From assembly GCA_963711565.1 (NCBI GenBank), contig CAVQEQ010000001.1:544001-608000 (forward strand): DNA of 64,000 bases. The letters are read 5' to 3'. This stretch comes from an uncultured delta proteobacterium. GTDB taxonomy: Bacteria; Desulfobacterota; Binatia; Binatales; Binataceae. Under the pieces are notes generated by a model. That model did not search any database. It was not told where the DNA came from and saw only the letters and a list, made by a program, of their open reading frames with translations. The translations under genes were made by a program, and so were the position numbers. Below are positions 50,578-59,099 of this stretch, piece after piece (within the stretch, counting starts at the first letter, position 1; the number at the start of each line of letters is the position of its first letter).

Positions 50578-51502
50578 TGCACTCAAACTCCTTGGCCTGC
50601 GCCGCAATTTGACATTTGGCCAAAACGCTGACTGACGCAGTAGCAGTCATTGTCGCAACGCGGCCGCCGCATACGAGAAGGTCAGCTCCGTCTGTGAAAT
50701 ACGCGCCGATTCCGCATGCAAGCTCTGCAGCTCCTCCTAGCAAACCCACTTTCGCTTCTGCGTTCTTCGAGCAATCTGCCATGTCAACTATGTATTGCTG
50801 CTGGCAAGATAATTTGGGCTGTTCCTTCTGCAGCGGACGCGCATTGGGGCAGGGAGCAGGATCTCCGCAGAATTGCGGCTCGCCTGAAGACTCCATCGTT
50901 GGAATCTCACCGTCGGTGATACCCAAAATAACTGGATACAGCGGGTGGCGGCCGTGGAGCAACTGACGTGGAGTCGGAGGAGCGCTGTCGCCGCCGCCAA
51001 AAATCGCATCAAAGATGTCGAACAGACCAAACGCGGCAGTCACGATGATTCCTGGGATCGCCCCGGCGGCCCAAGCCGCAGCAAAGATCTTCGGCTCCAG
51101 CACTGCCAATATTCCGGTCAGTGCGAGATTAGAGGCACTCGAAGCGGCTGCAGCTATTCCGGCATCCCCCACGGCAGTTGGGACACCGCCGCTGCCCGAT
51201 GGCCGCGCGATCGCATTGCCCGCAGGGCCGCTGTTGCTGCCGCTGGTACTGGTGGCGCTGGTCTCGGACAACGAGCGGACCAGTTGCGGACTATAGAACT
51301 GTCCGCCGCCTGAATAGTAGTACGTCCCCGGATCGGTATATTCCTTCTCCATGCCTTGGTACAGGAACGGCCAATCGTTCGCCGTGCCGCTCACCGTCGG
51401 CGTTCCTGACGGATCGTAGGTGTACGTTGTCGCCGGCGGCGAGTCCACATTCGCGGCGTTCACCAGACCGAGCGTTGACCCGTCCGCGTCGAGCAGCGGC
51501 AC
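50555..51502 (-). CDS. Orphan Rhs-core module with non-canonical core end and Cys-rich C-terminal toxin-like domain
   Basis: LLDADGSTLGLV...YTYDPSG...PFLYQGME..D.GTYYY...FYSPQLVRSLSE matches the Rhs-associated core; then PRQLLHGRHPLY and a variable tip. Confidence 0.75.
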   Translation of the reverse strand: MPLLDADGSTLGLVNAANVDSPPATTYTYDPSGTPTVSGTANDWPFLYQGMEKEYTDPGTYYYSGGGQFYSPQLVRSLSETSATSTSGSNSGPAGNAIARPSGSGGVPTAVGDAGIAAAASSASNLALTGILAVLEPKIFAAAWAAGAIPGIIVTAAFGLFDIFDAIFGGGDSAPPTPRQLLHGRHPLYPVILGITDGEIPTMESSGEPQFCGDPAPCPNARPLQKEQPKLSCQQQYIVDMADCSKNAEAKVGLLGGAAELACGIGAYFTDGADLLVCGGRVATMTATASVSVLAKCQIAAQAKEFECIESQTEP

Positions 51503-51505
51503 CGT

Positions 51506-51754
51506 TTACGGTTTTGGAGGTGGATCACTCTTAAGTTCATCCGGCACGATGTCTGGGTACATTCGGTACAGGTCATTCGAAAAATTTATCGTATCGACCA
51601 AACATTGGCCGATTAGGCCTAGATACTTATGCCTTTCCTCTGCCGATATGTTGCCTCGCGCAACGTTGTTACTCATATAATCCGAGATCGAGCCAAGGCT
51701 GGCACGGACTCCTGCCAAAAGCGAATCAATTCTTAGTGCAAAATCTCGTTTCAT
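51506..51754 (-). CDS. Putative small helical immunity protein
   Basis: 82 aa, directly downstream of the toxin-like tip; GAGG SD; ends LYRMYPDIVPDEL; AT-richer than the host. Confidence 0.65.
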   Translation of the reverse strand: MKRDFALRIDSLLAGVRASLGSISDYMSNNVARGNISAEERHKYLGLIGQCLVDTINFSNDLYRMYPDIVPDELKSDPPPKP

Positions 51755-51817
51755 TTCGACCTGTTCCTCGTTTCACGAATTGCAAACATCTCATCACGAT
51801 CGGGTCATAGGCTCAAC

Positions 51818-52415
51818 TCAGAAGCCAGCAGCGAAGCCCAATGCTCTAGCTAAGCTCGGCAGTAAAGGTATGACGACCCACCAAGGCGATATCTTCGGTA
51901 CTTGAAAATTAGAAGAGCTGTCCGGAACTGTATTGTGGTTCCGTGGGAAATAGGGCCTCCATTCTGGATAATCACCCGTCCCCATACATTGATTGTAGCA
52001 CCTATAGAACCACATTGACTGATCGGGCGCTTTGTCTCTATTTATTCCCCGCTCCAGCGCCAAATCTGTGCATCGTGCCTGGCACCATTGTGCGTTTCCG
52101 GGACCGTCGCTGGTATTGTCGACAATTTGTTGGAGGGGTGCTGGATTGCACGGCGTCGATGGAGCCGTAGGTTCAGATTCGGTCGATGCCGAGGAGCTTT
52201 CGGTTGGGGTTTCGCTAGGCCGAATCTGCAAAATCTGGTCGTACAGCGGGTGGCGGCCATGGATCATCTGGCGCGGGATCTCCAGGCTACTGCCGCCGCC
52301 TCCGAATAAGTCGTCGAAAAGCTCATACAGACCAAACGTGGCTGCCGCTAAAGCAACATATTCAACAATCGTAGTGAGAGTCGTAGAATCGATATTGGTT
52401 GACTCGCTATTAGAG
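51818..52415 (-). pseudogene. 5'-truncated second toxin-like module
   Basis: FGLYELFDDLFGGGG..IPRQMIHGRHPLY..IL.I...ETPTESS matches the 50555-51502 ORF; different tip with CQARC...CYNQC; 5' end abuts the DUF2071 remnant. Confidence 0.7.
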
Positions 52416-52877
52416 CGCCGGATGCGTGCGCATAGAGCCTGGACCAACTGCCGCTCAGCTGCCACTCATACTCGGCTGTCTTGGCCGCGCCGTTCATGTC
52501 GATGCGATGCTTCATGGGCAGGCAGACATAGTTCTCTCCATACGCAAATCGAGCGATCCGTGCGACTGCTCGTTTGGGAACAATCTCGGCAATAAAAACC
52601 ACACCTCTGCGATCCTCACATCATGTTCTTTGCGGCGAACGTAGAATCGCAGGTTCACCTCATCAAAATCGGTATGAAAGGGAATAGGAACATATCCAAA
52701 GAGCTTTGTGCGGCAGAACCGGAAGCCCACCAGGCTGACGTATGTCCTTCCCTCAAATGAGTCCAGCACGGTCCCCGCCGGAACATGGGCGTCCAGGAGT
52801 TTCGCATCAACCTCGTGATTCAACATCACCAAGTCTAGCCACTCGGCGGAAAGGAAGACGCGTTTTCGCTGGCCCAT
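52415..52877 (-). pseudogene. DUF2071 (YqjF-like) gene remnant, frameshifted near 52620 and 3'-truncated
   Basis: FLSAEWLDLVMLN, YVSLVGFRF, FDEVNLRFYVR, then in another frame RGVVFIAEIVPK...YGENY; stops matching the family at about 52415. Confidence 0.78.
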
Positions 52878-53015
52878 TTGTTCGACCGATGACTTCATCA
52901 CACAGACCGACGGGTCAGGGTGATCGCACGAGGTAGCGCGACAACGGAGCGCGATGCTAGCACAATCAGGAATAACTGGGTGCAGGGGTCATCCTGCCGC
53001 GTTGAAGTGGTAAGC

Positions 53016-53831
53016 GTGCAAACAAACGGTCAGCGACGATTCACGGTGGTCGAGCTGCCGGTATTTCCAATCGTAATGGAATCGTTGCTGATGCCGTTCC
53101 GCTATCTGCCCGAGCTGGCGAAATTCGGCTGGATTCCCTTCGCCGCGATTCTGGCGATCGATCTCATCTGCTATGCCCTCCTGCGCGAGGACGTTTCCAG
53201 GAGCGTGACCAGCAGTCTGATGACGCTCGCGCATTTCGTTCTGTTCACGCCGTTCTCCGTGGCATGGACGAAGCTCGCCGTCAGAGGCCCTCAAGCAGTC
53301 TCGAAGCATCCGCAGTTCTTCTACTCGCGCACGCAATGGTTTTATCTGCTGGCAGGCGCAGCGATGATGGTGGCGCTCCTGGTTCTCGTCGGCATTCCGT
53401 TCGTCGTCGTTCGTTACGGACAGCGAAACTTTGAGAGCCAGATCACACTGCTCGGAGAAACCGGTATGATGCTGGGAATCGGCCTTTACGTTATCGGATA
53501 CGTCCGCCTGGCTTTTGTCTTCCCCGCGATTGCGATCGGCAGGTACGCCGGCATCCGGGCTGCCTGGAGGCAAACGGCAGGAAATATCGAGCGCCTCGCG
53601 GCAATTATCGTGCTCACGCTCCTTCCCTACTGGATCGTCCGCCAGGCGTTCTCATGGTACATGGGCTATCACCCGCCCGGCGTCATCGAGGCGTTCCGCG
53701 GATGCATCGACATGCTGCTAATCGCGCTCGCGACGACCGCCCTCGCCGGCCCAGCCCTCGCCTACAAGTCGATAGTAATGGACCAGCCCCAGGCCGACCC
53801 CGCCGCCCAATCAATCACCGCCGCCCGCTAG
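53016..53831 (+). CDS. Hypothetical multi-TM membrane protein
   Basis: About six TM segments; RLAFVFPAIAIG..AWRQTAGN motif; GTG start 53016 supported by the duplicate copy. Confidence 0.75.
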   Translation: MQTNGQRRFTVVELPVFPIVMESLLMPFRYLPELAKFGWIPFAAILAIDLICYALLREDVSRSVTSSLMTLAHFVLFTPFSVAWTKLAVRGPQAVSKHPQFFYSRTQWFYLLAGAAMMVALLVLVGIPFVVVRYGQRNFESQITLLGETGMMLGIGLYVIGYVRLAFVFPAIAIGRYAGIRAAWRQTAGNIERLAAIIVLTLLPYWIVRQAFSWYMGYHPPGVIEAFRGCIDMLLIALATTALAGPALAYKSIVMDQPQADPAAQSITAAR

Positions 53832-53874
53832 CGCCCTAGAGGAGACCTCTGCATAACTGCGCCGCGTATCTTCT

Positions 53875-54011
53875 CCTCTCCCAGGATGGGAGAGGATCGA
53901 AGGTGAGGGTCCTTATACAGCGCGCGATTTTTTTCGCGCGCGATTCAAGATTCTGCCTCTTATCTTTCATCCGGTTCCCCTCTCCTGAAGGGAGAGGTGT
54001 TAGGGGTGAGG
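53875..54011 (+). repeat. REP-like palindrome family A, copies 5 and 6, between convergent genes
   Basis: CCTCTCCCA-GGA-TGGGAGAGG..GGTGAGGG and CCTCTCC-TGAAG-GGAGAGG..AGGGGTGAGG. Confidence 0.72.
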
Positions 54012-54047
54012 TTCCGCCCACGATTCTCAAAAACCGCCCACTACCCG

Positions 54048-56144
54048 TCACCCGCCATTCCATCCGCGGTCCCGCAATGCCTCGAGCGCGATTGCAAGAT
54101 TATTTTGTGTCTTCTTCCAGTCACTCGGTAACTTGTCTTTGGTCAATACGGTCAGCGCCTGATGATAGTTATCGACCGCCGCTTCCAGGTATTTGACTCC
54201 CGGCCCACGCATGCCGAGTCCTGACAAGGCGTCCCCAAGATCGCTCTTGGCTCGTGCCCATAGGATTGGATCGCGGTCGGGTCTGAAGACTTCGAGCGCC
54301 TCGTTGTAATTCTGAATCGCCTGCTCGAAGCACCAGGATTCATTGGTGCTCTCTCCCATCTCGTCCAACGCATTGCCGAGCCCGGCTTTCAACGTCGCCC
54401 ACGCGATCTGATCGCGCTCACGCGATTGCTCTTCGAGACTGGCCCGAAACGCCTTTACGGCTGCCTCCGGATAACGCGGGTTGGGCTGGACATCGTTCAA
54501 ACTCAGCAGTTCGTTGCCAAGGACGGCCTGCATAGCCGCCCAGCGATTCCGATCCCACTCGCGCGGAAATCCATCCAGTGTTTGCCTGCTGATCGCCACC
54601 GACTCCTTGAGATCTTCGACGTCCGAGCGAGCCTGGCCGCGTAACTCGAGAGCCTCTGCGAGTTGCGCTTGAGCGTCTGCCCAGAGCATCGGATCCGACT
54701 GCTTCGTGTAAACTTTTAGCGCCTCTCTGAAGGCCTCGATCGCATTATCGTAACCACCTGCGTTATCCTCGCGATCCGCCAGCCCGCAAAGCACAGATCC
54801 CAGCTGTGTCTGAGCCGCCGCCCAGCTCATCGGGTAGAACTTAACGTCGAAGCCTTTCACTGCGGCGCGACTATAGTCCGCCGCTTGATGCAGGCTCTCA
54901 GTTCCTGCTTCATGATTTGCAATTTGCTGGAACGTGCGTCCGAGCTGCAGTTGAACCGTCGCCGAATCGAGCGAATCGGAACGCCCCTGGTACACCCCCA
55001 ACGCATCCTTGTATGCGGCCACCGCCTCCTGCAAAGGCCCCACTTGAGCATTGAGAGCTGCGATTTGATTCAGCGCCGCGCCCAGGTTGAGCTGCGCCAT
55101 CGCCCACTCCAGCGGATTACGTTCTCGCGTCCAATCTTCCTGCGCTCGCCGAATGTAAGTGACCGCGCTATTCAACGAATCTTCCGACTTGAGTTCGACT
55201 CCCGAGATTCTGCTCGCAATACCGATCGCGAGATTCACGCGGGCGCGTGCGTCGGCCGTCCACGCACCGCTCTTTCGGGGATCGTCGGCGAGCGCGCGAA
55301 TCTCGCGAATTGTAGGTTCGAGCGCATCGCCAAATTTGAACATCCACTGGTGCATCGAGTCCGCGCTTTGCGTTGCTACGATCAGGCCGATCACCTTGCA
55401 TAGGTCGTCCGGCGGCAACTCCGGCAGCTTGAAGTCCGATGGAAGATACACTCCGCCAAATTGCGCATCGGATCCGAATTTCGTCTCGTAAAGCGGCCCA
55501 ACCGCTGGCGGCGATGCGCCGCCCACCCCGCCCCAGATCAATGCCTCCACCCGCACGTTCGTCACCGAGTTGAGCGCATCGAGATGCGCGAGACCCTGCG
55601 GACGGCCCGAAACCGCAATCGTGGAATTCAAAATGACCGGCGTGATGTGCAACCTCGGATCGATATTCGACAGCGCGTCGCGCAGGCGTGCTTCAAGCTG
55701 CTGGCCTTTGTCGCCTTCGAGATGCGCGATCGCAAAGACGACGCGGATGCGCCACTTTTCAACGTCTGGGTACGGAGCCGACGCCTCCGCGATGTCCGCC
55801 GGCGCTTCGCGCAGCACGTTCGGACCCCGCAGATAGATCGAGGTTTGCTGCAGGATCAGCAACGGCAGGCAAACAATCGCCGCGATACCGGCGCCTCGCC
55901 GCACCGCCTTATAGCGCAGCTTGACCCGCCCGATCTGGACGCGCGCCTTATGCCAAAACGTAAGGCCGCACACGATCGCGGCAACCGATCCCGGAATCGC
56001 AGTTACGATCACCAGGTCGACCACCACCCGCGACCGCGGCCAGACGGCCACAACAACCAGCACGATCACGCCGGCAACCGCAAGTGAATCAGCAAGATTC
56101 ACCCCCGGAAACCGCTCAAAAAAATCCCGCCGCAGACTCCTCAT
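54048..56144 (-). CDS. Membrane-anchored tetratricopeptide-repeat protein
   Basis: N-terminal TM helices; about eight ~46-aa repeats of type PxxWAxxQxNLGxAL...AVxxYxxAL. Confidence 0.82.
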   Translation of the reverse strand: MRSLRRDFFERFPGVNLADSLAVAGVIVLVVVAVWPRSRVVVDLVIVTAIPGSVAAIVCGLTFWHKARVQIGRVKLRYKAVRRGAGIAAIVCLPLLILQQTSIYLRGPNVLREAPADIAEASAPYPDVEKWRIRVVFAIAHLEGDKGQQLEARLRDALSNIDPRLHITPVILNSTIAVSGRPQGLAHLDALNSVTNVRVEALIWGGVGGASPPAVGPLYETKFGSDAQFGGVYLPSDFKLPELPPDDLCKVIGLIVATQSADSMHQWMFKFGDALEPTIREIRALADDPRKSGAWTADARARVNLAIGIASRISGVELKSEDSLNSAVTYIRRAQEDWTRERNPLEWAMAQLNLGAALNQIAALNAQVGPLQEAVAAYKDALGVYQGRSDSLDSATVQLQLGRTFQQIANHEAGTESLHQAADYSRAAVKGFDVKFYPMSWAAAQTQLGSVLCGLADREDNAGGYDNAIEAFREALKVYTKQSDPMLWADAQAQLAEALELRGQARSDVEDLKESVAISRQTLDGFPREWDRNRWAAMQAVLGNELLSLNDVQPNPRYPEAAVKAFRASLEEQSRERDQIAWATLKAGLGNALDEMGESTNESWCFEQAIQNYNEALEVFRPDRDPILWARAKSDLGDALSGLGMRGPGVKYLEAAVDNYHQALTVLTKDKLPSDWKKTQNNLAIALEALRDRGWNGG

Positions 56145-56208
56145 TGTGCCTTAACGCCGGTGATATTAGCGCAATCGCCACGCCTAGCCACATCTCCAGC
56201 CCTTGCTT

Positions 56209-56318
56209 GAAGTGGCACCGGCTTCAGCCGGTGATTCTTTCGCAGCATCAGGGCAGGAAACAAAAAGTCACTGAGTGCAGAGCCTGTCCTGAGCGAAGCC
56301 GAAGGAGGTCACCCCTGC
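56209..56318. repeat. Composite repeat: family B palindrome plus interrupted GCAGGGGTCACCCCTGC hairpin
   Basis: GAAGTGGCACCGGCTTCAGCCGGTGATTCT, then GCAG[AGCCTGTCCTGAGCGAAGCCGAAGG]AGGTCACCCCTGC; compare 49741-49905. Confidence 0.7.
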
Positions 56319-56679
56319 GTGACAATCGTTGTCATCCCTCTATGCCATAATAGCGACATGTCTGGTCTCCCATTCCCACCAACACACCTACCCCAGCGGC
56401 ATCTGCCTCCCGCCAATATGCGCTCACCATTCGCAGCAACTTTACTCTTTGTGATCCTCAGATCCGCGCTTTCTCCCAATGGGTTTCTTTCCTCACCAGT
56501 CGCCTGCACGGAAGAAAACGAAGAGAAAGAACAAATCACTTTTATTCTCAGTTCAGAACATTGTTTGTTTCTATCTCGGCACCTCGGAAAACAAAATCGC
56601 AAGAAAATCGCACCTCCTCCGATCTTAGTTTCAGGGAGACGCCGGGGCTTTCCGCCGCCTTGGCGCGAAGGAGGATGCG

Positions 56680-57867
56680 ATGATTCCGATCCTGGTTGTC
56701 TGCCTCGCCGTGTCCGGTTCGATCGTGATCGTAGCCTTCGCATGGACCAGGATTCGCGGCCTTCCTATCGCCCCCTCGATGCCACCCGGTCTGCGCAACG
56801 CGGCCCGCTTTGCCGGCGGCCCGTTTTCGATTTCGATCGCGATCCACCTCGCGATCCTGCTCACGCTCATCGTCACCGTGCATGAGAGCCGCGCGCGCGA
56901 CCTGCTGATCGTCACATGGGAGCCGGGTTCCCTTCGTTCGGTCGAAGAGGCTGAGCCACACGAGATTCCCGACGTGCCGATGCCGGAGTTCAACACCAGG
57001 ATACCCGACGACTCGCCCCAGCCCGTGGACGTAAACAAGGTGCTCGGCGCCAACTCCAGCGCAATCGCCGGAACCTCGTCCCTCAATGGAATCGATATCG
57101 GCCGCGACCTCGTCTCTTACTTGAATCTCCACCCAGGACCCGGCGGCGACGGTGGCGCGAGCTTTCCATGGTTCATCGACGAGCTGCGCCACAAGGGTCT
57201 CGACATCGTGCTGGTGATCGACGGCACCAAGTCGATGGACTTCGTGATGGCTGACGTGAAGGCGCGGATGACGCGGCTCGCGATACGAGTTCGCCAGCTC
57301 GTGCCGATCGCGCGCGTCGGCGTCGTCGTGTTCGGTGGCAAGGGCGAGCCCCTCGACATTCAGCCGCTGACTCTCTCGACCGTAAAACTGCAAACGTTCC
57401 TCGGCTCGATTCAGGCCAAGGGTGGCGGCGAGTGGCAGGAGAACACGCTCGGCGCGGTGCAGGCCGCCGTAAACAAGATGGATTGGAAGCCATACGCGCG
57501 CAAGGTGATCGTGTTGATCGGCGACTCCCCGCCCGAGCAGGAAGACTTCGCCCCTCTGCTCGCGCTGCTCCACGATTTCAGGCGCAACAACGGCACGCTG
57601 AGCGGCGTCGACGTCCAGGCTGAAGAGCATGAGCGCTACGAGCGAGCGTTCTGGATGAAGGTGCATGGCGTCGAGCCGACGCTGGCCGAAATCGGGCCGC
57701 TGCCCGAATTCGCCAGACAGGCCCAGGCCGCCTACAAGGTGCTGGCGGCCGCGGGCGGCGGCTCGGTCCGTAGCCTGAGCCACGACGCCGAGGTCAATCA
57801 GCAGGTGATGATCCTGGTATTCGGTGATAAGTGGCAGGACGAGGTCAGCCGGTTCGCGTCGAGGTAA
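56680..57867 (+). CDS. Membrane-anchored VWA domain protein, paralogue of 48154-49545 without the zinc anti-sigma domain
   Basis: GPFSISIAIHLAILL TM, DIVLVIDGTKSM, GGGEWQE, DWKPYARKV, LIGDSPP; AAGGAGG SD. Confidence 0.85.
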   Translation: MIPILVVCLAVSGSIVIVAFAWTRIRGLPIAPSMPPGLRNAARFAGGPFSISIAIHLAILLTLIVTVHESRARDLLIVTWEPGSLRSVEEAEPHEIPDVPMPEFNTRIPDDSPQPVDVNKVLGANSSAIAGTSSLNGIDIGRDLVSYLNLHPGPGGDGGASFPWFIDELRHKGLDIVLVIDGTKSMDFVMADVKARMTRLAIRVRQLVPIARVGVVVFGGKGEPLDIQPLTLSTVKLQTFLGSIQAKGGGEWQENTLGAVQAAVNKMDWKPYARKVIVLIGDSPPEQEDFAPLLALLHDFRRNNGTLSGVDVQAEEHERYERAFWMKVHGVEPTLAEIGPLPEFARQAQAAYKVLAAAGGGSVRSLSHDAEVNQQVMILVFGDKWQDEVSRFASR

Positions 57868-58073
57868 CGGTGGCGCCTTGTGGCAAACAAATGACACAGC
57901 GATGCGATTCTGACGGCTCGCGACGCTCGCACGTCCAGCTCGTCTCGACGCTAACAACTCGATTCAGACCGATGATGCGTGCGACTGACCGCCGCAGCCG
58001 GTCGTTGGTCGAGTGGGGCATTGTTCGCCGACCGCTGAGTTATCGTGGCACGCAACTTGGTTTAATCAATCGC

Positions 58074-58454
58074 GTGAGCATCGAAACCACGAACGTTCCG
58101 GCGATCGACATGCACGCGATTACCCAGATCGCGGAAATCGATGGGGCGGGTGACCAATTCGTAGCCGAGATCATCAAGGTCTTTCTCGCCGACTTGGGCG
58201 AACGCGTGCGCGCAATCGGACTGCAAATGAGACAGAACGATCTCGTCGGAATTGCGGCGACGGCACATGCTATCAAGGGCGGCTGTGGTCATTTTGGCGC
58301 GTCGCACCTGGTTGAGCTATCTCAAGAACTTGAAGACCGGACGAAGCGCGACCCAACCGGCGACCTTCAGCCCGCGATCGATTCGATGGTCGCGGAAACG
58401 GAACGAGTCCGCGCCGCGCTGGAAGCTTATCAATCGGAACGTGAGCCGCGATGA
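58074..58454 (+). CDS. Stand-alone Hpt (histidine phosphotransfer) protein
   Basis: AHAIKGGCGHFGA Hpt motif; start uncertain (GTG 58074 or ATG 58110). Confidence 0.82.
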   Translation: MSIETTNVPAIDMHAITQIAEIDGAGDQFVAEIIKVFLADLGERVRAIGLQMRQNDLVGIAATAHAIKGGCGHFGASHLVELSQELEDRTKRDPTGDLQPAIDSMVAETERVRAALEAYQSEREPR

Positions 58455-58473
58455 GCGGCGCATCTGCGACCGA

Positions 58474-59055
58474 TCAGGCGGGCACGGCTTGCGGGGGCGT
58501 AGGTCCGCCGCTACTGCCGACGCTCAGCGCGAGCATCACCTCAGTCCATCCATCGAAGATCATATCGATGCCGATGAAGAGTCCGATGACCCACAGGCCT
58601 GAAACCGGCCACGAATCCATGATGCAGAATCCGAGGATCAGCGAAATTACGCCGTTCAGTATCAGCCATCCCCGGTGATGTATTGGAGTTGAGAAGGCTA
58701 CGATGATTCTGAAGGTGCCCGCGACGATCAGCAGCATCGCAATCATGAAGGTAAGCGTCACTGCCGCTAGCCCCGGATGCGAGACCATCAGAAGTCCTGT
58801 TACCGCGTACAGCAGCCCGCCCGCGAGATTGATGAAGAAGCCGCCCCACGCGCGTCGCGCAAAGCCGTGAACCACTTCAAAGATACCGGCGAAGATCAAT
58901 ATCCAGCCGAGCAGCATCACGGAAACCATCGTCATGATCTCGGCGCTGCCGATCGCGATGGTGCCGAAGATGATCAGCGCCACTCCCATGAACAGAAACC
59001 AGCCACGATGTGCCCTTACCTCTTCGATTCCTAACACCGGCCCAAGTAAAGCCAT
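58474..59055 (-). CDS. HdeD/DUF308 family membrane protein
   Basis: GWFLFMG, WGGFF, WPVSGLWVIGLFIGIDMIFDGW; AAGGAG SD before ATG 59055. Confidence 0.88.
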   Translation of the reverse strand: MALLGPVLGIEEVRAHRGWFLFMGVALIIFGTIAIGSAEIMTMVSVMLLGWILIFAGIFEVVHGFARRAWGGFFINLAGGLLYAVTGLLMVSHPGLAAVTLTFMIAMLLIVAGTFRIIVAFSTPIHHRGWLILNGVISLILGFCIMDSWPVSGLWVIGLFIGIDMIFDGWTEVMLALSVGSSGGPTPPQAVPA

Positions 59056-59099
59056 ACTGGTCTCTCCTTGATTACCTTGTTTGAGTGACAGTCTGCGGG

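Noticed and set aside
56319-56679. Coding or structured RNA in the pyrimidine-rich gap before the VWA gene
   Set aside because: ORFs on both strands look non-protein-like and no known RNA motif was recognised; left unexplained
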